Both the position numbers and the translations under genes were made by a program. The notes beneath the pieces are model-generated. The model had not been told where the DNA came from and made no database searches. It worked only from the letters and a program-made list of their open reading frames with translations. Positions 35,070 through 43,786 of a DNA stretch of 44,774 nucleotides are shown one piece after another. The DNA is from an uncultured Planctomycetia bacterium (GTDB lineage: Bacteria; Omnitrophota; Gorgyraeia; Velamenicoccales; Velamenicoccaceae), in NCBI GenBank assembly GCA_964506425.1, contig CAZDLS010000002.1, positions 1 to 44,774 of the forward strand, written 5' to 3'. Each line of letters opens with the position of its first letter. Position 1 is the first letter of the stretch.

Positions 35070-35720
35070 CTATGTATCTTCTCCCAGCGGACAGACATCG
35101 CAGCGGGGCTTGGTCTTCTTGCAATAGTCCTTGCCCAGGCGCACGATCAGGGCGTGAAATTCGTTGAAGAGCGGCTCGCGCATGGGCAGGTGATCCATGA
35201 AGATCGCCTGCAGGTGGTCGTAGTCGATGTCTTCGGCGAGGAGACCGTGCCGGCCCAGGACCCTTTTCGTGTAGGCGTCGACGACAAAGACGGGCTTCTT
35301 GAGCGCGTACAGAAGGATCGAGTCCGCGGTCTCCGGGCCGATGCCGTTGACGGCCAGGAGCTCTTGCCGCAACGCCTGCGCCGGACCGCGACGCATCCGG
35401 CGCCAGCTGCCGCCGTAGTTACGGTCGAGGTAACGGATAAAATGTTTCAGGCGCCGGGCCTTTATATTAAAATAACCGGCCGGCCGGATCAGGCGGGCCA
35501 GCCTCCTCTCCGGGACCGCCTTGAGCGCCGCAAACGACAGGCAGCGGGCCTCTCTTAACGCGCGGATCGCGCGGGCCACATTGCTCCAGTTCGTATTCTG
35601 CGTGAGGATCGCGCCGACGCTGATCTCAAGGGGCGTGCGGCCCGGCCACCACCCCTGGGGCCCCAAGGCGCGGTACAACCGCTCATACATGCTCAAAAGC
35701 CTGGAACGCACGCGTCTCAC
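35070..35720 (-). CDS. Endonuclease III-related HhH-GPD protein with an Fe-S cluster loop
   Basis: 216-aa ORF. GPQGWWPG, ILTQNTNW, LLAVNGIGPETAD, FVVDAY, and C-terminal CKKTKPRCDVCPL. The GTG start forms a GTGA overlap with the upstream stop. Confidence 0.8.
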   Translation of the reverse strand: MRRVRSRLLSMYERLYRALGPQGWWPGRTPLEISVGAILTQNTNWSNVARAIRALREARCLSFAALKAVPERRLARLIRPAGYFNIKARRLKHFIRYLDRNYGGSWRRMRRGPAQALRQELLAVNGIGPETADSILLYALKKPVFVVDAYTKRVLGRHGLLAEDIDYDHLQAIFMDHLPMREPLFNEFHALIVRLGKDYCKKTKPRCDVCPLGEDT

Positions 35721-37660
35721 TCTCCGTTCAAGGACAGAGGATTGAAGTCCTCGATGGCCAAGAGGGCATAAGCGGTCGCCGCCACCGAGCCGGTCGCGTG
35801 GCCCCGCGGCGTGTGCCAGCCGTGCCCCGTATCGACGAGCTCTTGCGAGGCGTAAGGCAGGCAGAAATCGCCCTGCCCTACCGGTGAAGGGCTCGTGACG
35901 ACCATCTTCGTGAGCTCGGAGAGCCCGTTACGCACCAATCCCCTGTAGTGCCGGGACATGCCGGCCGCACCCGCCTCCTCGTGGTAGTCGGCCATGATCT
36001 GAAAGGCCAAGATCATCTGGGACGACCACTCACAAGAGACGACCCCGCCGCGCGGCAGGTGCTTGTCTTTGGCAAAATCAAACCCCTTGACGCGCACGCT
36101 CGTGCCGTCACCCTTCTTGAAGTTCGTCGAGACCGAACACTGCTCTATGGCAAACGCGACGATCTGGTCCGGGTCCATGCCGATCTCTATCAGGGTGCGC
36201 GGCCCCACGGCCGCAATGGACCACGCGTACGTGTCCGTTGCGATGGTCGCGTCGCCCTTGCCGCGCTTGACGGGCGGATCCGCCAGCCGGCTGTACGCGT
36301 TCTTGTCGAGCCAGGCAAGCGTCCGGCGGGCGCGTTCGCTGTAACGGGCCTCGCCGGTGACGGCGGCGAGCATCTCATAAAAGGCGTACGCGTCCAGGTT
36401 GTGCTCCGTGCTGTACCACGTCACCTTCGGACCGCCCCGGATGCCGCCCTCGTCGTCGGTGAGGGTCTCGAGCCACGCGGCGATGTCCGTGGCGAGATCC
36501 AGATAACGCCTGTCCTGCGTCCGGTGCGTGTACTGCAGGACGGCCAACCCCAGCCAGATATTCGGGCCGGCGTGGGCGACGTACTCCGCCGGCTCCCCTG
36601 TGGCCGCATAATAGGCATTGATAACGGCGCCCCCGTCGATGCGCCCGGCCGCGCGGTAAAAATCAAATATCTGCCGGGCGTGATCCGCCTGCCCTCTCAG
36701 CGTGAAGACGGTCGCCGCCAGGGCCTGGTCATAGGTAAAGGCCCAGTCCCTGACAGCGGCATCCCCTTCAAAACTCGCCAGCAGGCCCGTGCGGCTGTTG
36801 CGATGCACCAGGAGCCAGCGATAAAACCGGTCGACGAGCTGCGCCTGGGCCCCCTGGGCCTCGTGGGCCGCGATCTGGGCCTGGCGGTCGACCTCGAGGG
36901 CCTGCTCCTTGAGCTCCCCGATATCCTTCTTCAGCTGGTCCTCATACTTCCTGTAAAAATCGAGTGACGCCCGGAGCACGGCGGCCTCTTTCTTGTCCCG
37001 CATGCTCGTCATCTCGGCCTCGCGGGCGAGGCTGTTGATCTGGCGATCGGCCTGCGTGAGGTCGGACTCCATCTCATCGAGCTTGGCCGCCAGGTTCTCC
37101 CGGTCGCGCGCGAGGACCTGTTGATGGGTGAGCTGGGCGCTGAGGCGGCGCAGGAGCCTCTCGTTCTCCAGGCGCAGGCGCGTGTTGTGGAACGTCACCA
37201 AGGCCAACCCCAGCGTCAAGACCAAGGTGAACGTGACCGTCGCGGCCTTGAGAAAACGGCGCACGCCGATATACCGGCGCATCCGGACCAGGTCCTTGCG
37301 GTCGATCTGCTGATAATCGAGGCCCGCCACGTACGTGTTGACCAATCCCTCCTGCACGCAGCGCAGCCAGACCGGCCGGGCGGCGGCGCGGATGTTCGCC
37401 GAGTAGGGGATGTGGACCTGCAGGACGAGACAGGTGCTGGCGACCCCGAGACGGCGCACGTCGTCGGGATGGACCAGCCGCATCGTCAGGCACAGGCCGC
37501 CGTCGCTGACGTCCTGGGTGAAGCCCTGGCGCCAGTCGGTGCGCGGCCGCCCCTCCTCGTCCAGGAACTGGAACTCGACGGGGAATATCTGGTCGAGGCG
37601 CCGGTAGCGCCGGCGCTCCGGACCTCGCTCCCGCTGCGGTGGGGTCCTGTTAGATCTCAT
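35717..37660 (-). CDS. PilZ-domain protein with one TM segment, a coiled coil and a large periplasmic alpha-helical toroid-like domain
   Basis: Track ORF trimmed to ATG 37660 (MRSNRTPPQRERGPERRRYRRL...). PilZ motifs RRRYR and DVSDGG, TM segment FLKAATVTFTLVLTLGLALVTF, and about 130 aa of coiled coil. The C-terminal ~400 aa have repeated aromatic/Gly helix-pair signatures (YDQALAA, GPNIWLGLAVLQY, STEHNLDAYAFY, TDTYAWSI). Confidence 0.7.
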   Translation of the reverse strand: MRSNRTPPQRERGPERRRYRRLDQIFPVEFQFLDEEGRPRTDWRQGFTQDVSDGGLCLTMRLVHPDDVRRLGVASTCLVLQVHIPYSANIRAAARPVWLRCVQEGLVNTYVAGLDYQQIDRKDLVRMRRYIGVRRFLKAATVTFTLVLTLGLALVTFHNTRLRLENERLLRRLSAQLTHQQVLARDRENLAAKLDEMESDLTQADRQINSLAREAEMTSMRDKKEAAVLRASLDFYRKYEDQLKKDIGELKEQALEVDRQAQIAAHEAQGAQAQLVDRFYRWLLVHRNSRTGLLASFEGDAAVRDWAFTYDQALAATVFTLRGQADHARQIFDFYRAAGRIDGGAVINAYYAATGEPAEYVAHAGPNIWLGLAVLQYTHRTQDRRYLDLATDIAAWLETLTDDEGGIRGGPKVTWYSTEHNLDAYAFYEMLAAVTGEARYSERARRTLAWLDKNAYSRLADPPVKRGKGDATIATDTYAWSIAAVGPRTLIEIGMDPDQIVAFAIEQCSVSTNFKKGDGTSVRVKGFDFAKDKHLPRGGVVSCEWSSQMILAFQIMADYHEEAGAAGMSRHYRGLVRNGLSELTKMVVTSPSPVGQGDFCLPYASQELVDTGHGWHTPRGHATGSVAATAYALLAIEDFNPLSLNGE

Positions 37661-38735
37661 AATCCAAAGGGGGCGTAAAGGCACGCGCCATGCGCAGGCG
37701 CGCTCCCATGGGTGGATGGTCATAGAGAAAGATCTCGACCCAGCGCGCCGGCGCGAACTGGGCGAGGTTCTTCGTACCGAGGCGCTGCATCATCGCGATG
37801 AAGACATCAGGCCGGCCGGTGGCGCGCAGGGCGAAGGCGTCGGCACGGCGCTCCAGAAGGCGCGAGAAGCCGTTCTGGACCGGCAGGAGGAACAGGCCCG
37901 CGCCCAGCAGGATAAGGAGGAACAACGGCAGGTTCGCGATGTCGCTCATCGCGACAAAACCCAACCGCGCCGAGAAGTGCGTCATGAAGCGATGGGCGAC
38001 GAAAAAAGACAAGAGCGCCGCGCCCAGGCCGAAGAACAACAGCGACCACGTGTCGCGGTGGCGGGTGTGGCCGACCTCGTGGGCCAGGACCGACTCGACC
38101 TCTTCGGGAGCGAAGTCCTTGACGAGCGTGTCGCTCAAAAAGATCTTCTTGGCCCGGCCCCAGCCGGCCACCATCGCGTTGGCCTTGACGGTCTTGCGCG
38201 AGAAATCGAGGACGAAGATGTCTTTGAGAAGGATGCCCTGGCCGGCGCAAAAGACGCCCAGCCGGTCGCGCAGGGGGCCGCCGGCCAACGGCGTGACCTT
38301 GAAAAAAAGCGGCAGGACAAAACGGGGGAAGACGCGGCTGATGACGACCGACACGACAAACCAGAGGCCTGCCGCTGCCAGCCACCACGTCCGGGGAAAA
38401 ACCGAAAGAAAATAATAGACACCCTCAACGAGGAGGAGGGCCACGAAAAAGGCGATCAGGGACTTTTTGAGGTCATCCGCCAGCCACGCCGTGAACGGCG
38501 CCCGGCTCAATCGGAACCGGTGCTCCCAGACATAACCCTCGAAATAATCCAGGGGGAAACAGACGCACCAAAAGATGACGCTGAAGGCCGCGAGGTACAG
38601 GGCGTTGATGGAGAAAAAGTCGTCGCGCACCGGCAAAAGCATCCGCTTGAGGGAACGCGACCAGCCGGTGGCCAGGAACAGGACCAGGAACCCCGCCTGC
38701 AGGAAGAGGTGAAAAAGAAACAGGCGATTCTTCAT
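37650..38735 (-). CDS. M48-family (Ste24/HtpX-like) integral-membrane zinc metalloprotease
   Basis: HEVGHTRHRD zinc motif and downstream ERRADAFAL; multiple N-terminal TM segments. Start set at ATG 38735 (MKNRLFLFHLF...). An upstream ATG at 38792 is possible but would overlap the TPR gene. Confidence 0.8.
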   Translation of the reverse strand: MKNRLFLFHLFLQAGFLVLFLATGWSRSLKRMLLPVRDDFFSINALYLAAFSVIFWCVCFPLDYFEGYVWEHRFRLSRAPFTAWLADDLKKSLIAFFVALLLVEGVYYFLSVFPRTWWLAAAGLWFVVSVVISRVFPRFVLPLFFKVTPLAGGPLRDRLGVFCAGQGILLKDIFVLDFSRKTVKANAMVAGWGRAKKIFLSDTLVKDFAPEEVESVLAHEVGHTRHRDTWSLLFFGLGAALLSFFVAHRFMTHFSARLGFVAMSDIANLPLFLLILLGAGLFLLPVQNGFSRLLERRADAFALRATGRPDVFIAMMQRLGTKNLAQFAPARWVEIFLYDHPPMGARLRMARAFTPPLDYEI

Positions 38736-38769
38736 CGCCTGGTACCGCTGTGCCGACGTGGACGTCAGG

Positions 38770-39183
38770 TTATCTCTTTCTTTTTCGGGCATGCCTAACG
38801 CGGACGGTTCGCTGGTCCATCTGCCGGACAAACTCTCCGAAGCGCTCATCGCGCCTCAGGTTGCTCAGATCGGGATCACGGCTCATGTACTGAAAATCAT
38901 CATACCCCAGGTGCACGGCCCTCTTGATGGCCACGAGCGAGCTTGCGACATCCCCCAGGAGAGAAAGGCTGCACGCCAGGTTGTAGTGGACGACCGGGTT
39001 GTCCGGCCGCAACCGGGAGAGCCGTCGGTCCACCTCAAGACCCTTGCCGTAAAGCCCCTTGCGCGTGTAGATCTCCCCGAGGACGATCAGCGCATCGACA
39101 TATCGCGGGCGGCGCCTCAGGAGGGCCTCATAGAAGGCCATCTGGAAATCAAGGTCCTCAGGGTGTCTCTTCTTAGCGGGCAT
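38770..39183 (-). CDS. TPR-repeat protein
   Basis: 137 aa from ATG 39183 (11-nt overlap with the upstream stop). Helical repeat pattern ALIVLGEIYTRKGLYGKGLEV..., NPVVHYNLACSLSLLGDVASSLVAIKRAV. Confidence 0.65.
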   Translation of the reverse strand: MPAKKRHPEDLDFQMAFYEALLRRRPRYVDALIVLGEIYTRKGLYGKGLEVDRRLSRLRPDNPVVHYNLACSLSLLGDVASSLVAIKRAVHLGYDDFQYMSRDPDLSNLRRDERFGEFVRQMDQRTVRVRHARKRKR

Positions 39184-41563
39184 CGTCCCTTTCCACCTCT
39201 TCCAAGACAACGTGCTGATTGACGGACGAGGCGATCGCCTCTATCTTCTCTTTGTACGCGGGGTACTCCGCGACCGGGATCTCGCGGACCTTGGTGCGGC
39301 GCACGCTCGTGAGCGAGAGGCTGCCCGGCCGCGTCTCGTAATGCTGGGAAAAGTCAAACCAAGGCGTCGTGACGTCGACGTCCGGCGGCACATATTTTAC
39401 CGCAAGATGATCGGGCAATGCAACCTCTATCCGGTCAGTGTACTGATCAAGGATGGGCTGCGCGATCGGATAACGCCGCTTCTCCTTGAAGACGCCGGCC
39501 GTATCCCAGTAGCCGAACTTGTTCAGGATGCGGATGGGACCGGCTTCAATGAAGTACTTCGGCGCCGAAAAGGTGTAGGACAGGGTCACGGCCGCGTCCA
39601 GGTCCTCGACGCCCGAGATCTGATAGTCCGTGAGCTCGGCCTTGTCGGCGAACCCCCGCACCCGCTGCTTCAATCCCTCCTCGATGAAGATCGGCATGGT
39701 ATATTTCAACCAGTGCCGCTGGGACTGACGGTAACTGCCTGTCGTGTCGACCGAGCGTGCGGCGTCGATCGACTCGTCCGGATGCACGCGGACGACCAGC
39801 CGGGCCGCGGCGCTGTTGAAGGAGGGCTCGAAGACGGGGGCGGTGACGAACTGGTAGCGGTCGGGGGTGAAGACCATGGTCGTGCGCCCCTGGTCCATGC
39901 CGGGCAGGTCGCCGAAAGAGACGACGGAACCCGTCGGGTCCATGAACACGAGTTCCCCGTCCAGCGGCAGGGCCGCGATCGCATGGTCGAAGAGAAGGCT
40001 GGGCATGTCCGTCTGCGTCGTCATGCTGTCCCACGTGCTGATGAGGACGGGGTACGCCTCGATCCCGGCCTCCCTGAGCATGGCGATAAGAAGGATCGCC
40101 TGGTCCTTGCAGTCGCCGTACTTGTTGGCGAAGACCTCTGTCGCCTGATGGGGCTCGTAGCCCGCGTCGCCGTAACCCACGGACACGTAACGGACCTCCT
40201 GGGCGCAGAAGTTGTAGATCGCGCGGGCCTTCTCGCGCGGCGTCCCCTTGCCTGCGACGAGGGCAGCCACCTTCTCCCTGATCGCCGCGTCCGGCTCCAT
40301 CTTGTCCCGGTACAGCCCCCGCCACCACCGGTAGATCTCGTCCCAGTCGGAATAGGTGGAAAAAAGTATGTACGGGTTCACCCGCGAGGGCGGCGGCATG
40401 CTCGCCTCCGGGATGATCTGCGGCACGTCGCGGAACTCCATGAGATACCGGCGGCGGCCTGCCTCTTCAACGACCCGCGGGGCAAGGTCATAGCCGTACG
40501 TGTTGTAGGCGGCGTTCACAATCTTGGTGTGCAGGGTGCGGGCCGCGGGGATGCTGATGACGCAACGCTGCAGGAGGATAGGCTCGTCGCTCTGCAGCCA
40601 GTATATGCTGTGGAAGTTCTTCTTATCGGCCAGCTGGGCGCGCGTCAGCCGGAACGCGTACTCGATGACCGACCCGGATGCCACCTCCGGCATCGACAGG
40701 ATGCGCACGCGCGCGTTGCTGTACATGGGAAAATTCAGATACAGCGAGACGTCGCGGATGTTCTTGTCGCCGACCGAGACGACCGTCCCGTCCGGCCGGA
40801 TCGTGCGGGCAAAAAGGACCTCCAGCTTCTCATACGTCGCGTCATACCTGAGGCTCACCTCGCCGAAGGCGTCCTTGCCCCGGTCGTTCAGGATCTTGAC
40901 GACGGAGTGCACGGCGCTCTCCAAACGGTCATCCTCGGTCAGGGCGACCGTCTCATCGACGAGAAGGATGAGGGCGCTCGCCTCCGGATAGGCCTCCTGG
41001 GAAGGACTCTCTTCGATGAGCCGGCGGACCTCGTCGGAGACGCCCGCGTAGGACGCGGCGCCGTTGCGCAGGTTGATGGCGAGCGCGCGCTGCCGGACCA
41101 ACGGCCCCAGGCCGGGGTCCTCTTTGATCTTATCGTAAACACGCAGGGCCTGGTCGTAAAGATGGATCTCTTCGAGCGTCTGGCCGTACGCGTACAGATA
41201 GTCCGGCGGCCCGGCCTCCCCGAGACGGTTGAAGACCTCGAGCGCGCCGGTCGCATCGCCGCTTTTAAAGAGGCTCTGGGCGAAGAGCCGCTGGGCCTCC
41301 TCCCCGGACACCCCGCGCAAGGCCTCGACGGCCTCCTCGAAACGGCCGTGCCGGTAGAGGAACCGGCCGAGCTTGAGCTCGAGGCGCTCGCGCTCTTCGC
41401 GGCCTGACGCGAGCTTCAACGCTTCTTCATACAAGCCGACGGCGCGCTGGGACATCTTCGAGGCGGCCTGGGCAAAGATATCAGCCCGCCTCTCCTGCGG
41501 CCCCTCGGCGCTGCAGCCGGCCAGGACGACCATCATTATTATAGGTAAGAGTATCTTCTTCAT
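39173..41563 (-). CDS. Lipoprotein with N-terminal TPR-like region and a DUF3857 / transglutaminase-like cysteine-protease core / DUF3858-type architecture
   Basis: 796-aa ORF. Lipobox VVLAGC. Transglutaminase core KYGDCKDQAILLIAMLREAGIEAYPVLIS with downstream ...FDHAIAAL...FMDPT. Confidence 0.75.
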   Translation of the reverse strand: MKKILLPIIMMVVLAGCSAEGPQERRADIFAQAASKMSQRAVGLYEEALKLASGREERERLELKLGRFLYRHGRFEEAVEALRGVSGEEAQRLFAQSLFKSGDATGALEVFNRLGEAGPPDYLYAYGQTLEEIHLYDQALRVYDKIKEDPGLGPLVRQRALAINLRNGAASYAGVSDEVRRLIEESPSQEAYPEASALILLVDETVALTEDDRLESAVHSVVKILNDRGKDAFGEVSLRYDATYEKLEVLFARTIRPDGTVVSVGDKNIRDVSLYLNFPMYSNARVRILSMPEVASGSVIEYAFRLTRAQLADKKNFHSIYWLQSDEPILLQRCVISIPAARTLHTKIVNAAYNTYGYDLAPRVVEEAGRRRYLMEFRDVPQIIPEASMPPPSRVNPYILFSTYSDWDEIYRWWRGLYRDKMEPDAAIREKVAALVAGKGTPREKARAIYNFCAQEVRYVSVGYGDAGYEPHQATEVFANKYGDCKDQAILLIAMLREAGIEAYPVLISTWDSMTTQTDMPSLLFDHAIAALPLDGELVFMDPTGSVVSFGDLPGMDQGRTTMVFTPDRYQFVTAPVFEPSFNSAAARLVVRVHPDESIDAARSVDTTGSYRQSQRHWLKYTMPIFIEEGLKQRVRGFADKAELTDYQISGVEDLDAAVTLSYTFSAPKYFIEAGPIRILNKFGYWDTAGVFKEKRRYPIAQPILDQYTDRIEVALPDHLAVKYVPPDVDVTTPWFDFSQHYETRPGSLSLTSVRRTKVREIPVAEYPAYKEKIEAIASSVNQHVVLEEVERDDAR

Positions 41564-41581
41564 GCGTCGTTGCCTTGCATT

Positions 41582-42328
41582 TTACACCCGAACGGCCTTT
41601 GTCTCAACGGCTTTGCGGTAAGATGTGAGCAGGCGCCGGGTCACGGGGCCGGGACAGACGGCCGGCATCTCCCTGGGGCCGAGCCGGCGCACCGGCACGA
41701 TGCCGATGACCGCGTTCGTCACAAAGGCCTCCTGGCAACGCGCGAGGTCCCTGGGCGAGAGTGACGCCTGCCGGACGGGGATCTTCAGGCTCCGGGCCAT
41801 GCGCACGACGGCCCGGCGCGTCACGCCGGGCAGGCACCCGCAGGCGAGGGCCGGCGTCAGGAGGCGGCCTTTGGCGACGAGAAAGACGTTCGTCCGCGTC
41901 CCCTCGACGAGCGCGCCGGCCGCGTTGAAGAAGAGCGCCTCGTCAAAGCCCTTGCGCCGGGCGCGAGTAAAGAGCGCCTCATAGAAGGCCCGCCGGGTGG
42001 TCTTGAAAGCGCTCAGGGGTGTGGGCTTAAACCGGCGGCGCTGCTCAAACATGACCTTATACCCCGAGGCCGGCAGGACGGCAAGGGGAAGGCTCGCGAT
42101 AGCCAGCCGCATCGCCCCGCGCCGACAGGACCAGACCGCGCGCAGGCGGCAACGTCTCAAAGGGCTCTTGCGCACTAAAAGGCCTATGGCGCCGCGCACC
42201 ACGCGGTGGGACGGCGGCCGCAGGCCGAGCGCCCGGCAGCCCGACGACAAACGCCGGAGGTGTTCCTCCAGAAGGAAGACCCTGCCGTCCTCGTAACGCA
42301 TCGTCTCGATAAGGCCGATCCTCTCCAT
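41582..42328 (-). CDS. pabC: Aminodeoxychorismate lyase / class IV aminotransferase-fold protein
   Basis: 248-aa ORF directly after pabB (3-nt spacer). EEHLRRL, EALFFNAAGALVEGTRTNVF, LPGVTR patterns. Confidence 0.75.
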   Translation of the reverse strand: MERIGLIETMRYEDGRVFLLEEHLRRLSSGCRALGLRPPSHRVVRGAIGLLVRKSPLRRCRLRAVWSCRRGAMRLAIASLPLAVLPASGYKVMFEQRRRFKPTPLSAFKTTRRAFYEALFTRARRKGFDEALFFNAAGALVEGTRTNVFLVAKGRLLTPALACGCLPGVTRRAVVRMARSLKIPVRQASLSPRDLARCQEAFVTNAVIGIVPVRRLGPREMPAVCPGPVTRRLLTSYRKAVETKAVRV

Positions 42329-42331
42329 GCG

Positions 42332-43786
42332 TCACCCCTTGAGCGCCGCGATCAGCGCGGCCGCCTTCACCAGCGTCTCGTCATATTCAAAGGCGGGCTG
42401 CGAGTCGCTCACGATCCCGCCGCCCACGTGAAAAGAGACCTGGCCCGGCTGCCACAACAGGGTCCGGATCAGGACGCTCATCTCCATGGTGTCGTGAAAG
42501 CTCAAATACCCCAAGGCCCCGGTATAGAGCCCCCGCGCCTCGGGTTCCAGCTCCTCGATCACCTCCATCGCGCGGATCTTGGGACACCCCGTCACCGACC
42601 CGCCGGGAAAACAGGCACGCAGGAGATCGATCCTGTCCTTGGACGGGTGCAGCGTGCCCGTGATCTGGGCCGTCGCCTGATACACGCCGGCGTAGCGCTC
42701 GATCGCGCGCAAGGTCTCGACGCGCACGCTCGCGTAATCGCACACGCGACCCAGGTCATTACGCTCCAGATCCACGATCATCAGGAGTTCCGCCCTCTCT
42801 TTTTTATTGCGTATCAGTTCTCGGCGCAGCCGCCGGTTGACGGCGCTGTCGGCGGTGCGCGGACGCGTCCCTTTCATCGGCCGCGTTACCACCCGCCGGC
42901 CATCGCACCTCAGGAACCGTTCCGGCGAAGCGCTCAAGACGGCCTGATCCTTATCGCGCAGATAGGCGCCGAAGGAGACGGGAAAGCACTGCGCCAGACG
43001 CCGGTAGAGACGCCACGGATCGAAACAGGCCGCTGCGTGGAACCGCTGGGCCAGGTTGACCTGATAGATGTCGCCCCGGGCGATGAACTCCTTGGCGCTG
43101 CGGACCGCGGCCCGGTAGCGGGCCGGCGTGAAGTTGGAAGAGAGCGGCCCCAAGAGCCTGCCTGTCTCCTGCCGCCTGCGTGCCGGCACAAGGCCGCGCT
43201 CCAGCTTTGTCAAAGCGCGGCCGAGGCGTTCCTGTGCCCGGCGCCGGCGCAGGGAGCCGCGCGTCTCGGGAAAACCCGTTGAGAAAACGGTAAGCCGGCC
43301 GGTCTGATGGTCCTTGATAAGAACCGTATCGTAAAAAGCGAACGAGAAGAGCGGGGTCGCCGCGACCGGGGCATGCCGGCGCCGAAAACGTTCAAGGGAA
43401 AAACCGAGGTCATAGGCCAGAAACCCGACGGCCCCGCCCAAAAAGGGGACAGGCTGCTTTTCCAAAAAGAAGCCTGTCCCCTTTTGGAATATCCCCTTCT
43501 GGAAGGTCCTGTTCCCGCCGAGCCGCCACCGCCCGAGGAGCAGCCGCAGGACCTCGAAGGCCGGCTGCCGGAGTGTCCGCGTACGGCCCTCTTCCTGGAC
43601 GGTACAACCCTCCTTGTGGGGCGTGACCGTGCAAAAGGGGTCGCTGCCGAAAAAAGAGTAGCGGCCCATGCCGGCCACGTTCAGGCCGCTCTCGAGCAAA
43701 AAGGGTCTCGCGTCCCCCTCCAACCCCTCAAACAAGACGTGCAGGGGTGTCGCGTCCCTGATCGTGACATAGGCGGCGTGGTTCAT
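42332..43786 (-). CDS. pabB: Aminodeoxychorismate synthase component I (chorismate-binding enzyme)
   Basis: Start ATG 43786 forms an ATGA overlap with the upstream stop. GDIYQVNLAQRF, SASPERFL, RPMKGT, DLERNDLGRV, FPGGSVTGCPK, GLYTGALGY. Confidence 0.88.
   Translation of the reverse strand: MNHAAYVTIRDATPLHVLFEGLEGDARPFLLESGLNVAGMGRYSFFGSDPFCTVTPHKEGCTVQEEGRTRTLRQPAFEVLRLLLGRWRLGGNRTFQKGIFQKGTGFFLEKQPVPFLGGAVGFLAYDLGFSLERFRRRHAPVAATPLFSFAFYDTVLIKDHQTGRLTVFSTGFPETRGSLRRRRAQERLGRALTKLERGLVPARRRQETGRLLGPLSSNFTPARYRAAVRSAKEFIARGDIYQVNLAQRFHAAACFDPWRLYRRLAQCFPVSFGAYLRDKDQAVLSASPERFLRCDGRRVVTRPMKGTRPRTADSAVNRRLRRELIRNKKERAELLMIVDLERNDLGRVCDYASVRVETLRAIERYAGVYQATAQITGTLHPSKDRIDLLRACFPGGSVTGCPKIRAMEVIEELEPEARGLYTGALGYLSFHDTMEMSVLIRTLLWQPGQVSFHVGGGIVSDSQPAFEYDETLVKAAALIAALKG
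43441..43485. repeat. Family-2 palindromic element, copy 2, located inside the pabB reading frame
   Basis: AAAAGGGGACAGGCTGCTTTT (43441-61), a 3-nt loop, then AAAAGAAGCCTGTCCCCTTTT (43465-85), pairing at 20 of 21 positions. Shares the core AAAAGGGGACAGGCTnCTTTT with 22830-22899. The frame stays open and encodes ...FQKGTGFFLEKQPVPF... Confidence 0.85.

Noticed and set aside
35070-35720. Endonuclease III-like gene as a nuclease component of a defence system
   Set aside because: It has an ordinary HhH-GPD / Fe-S glycosylase signature and no partner helicase, ATPase or methylase. Its position in the envelope cluster is noted, but there is no evidence for a defence role.
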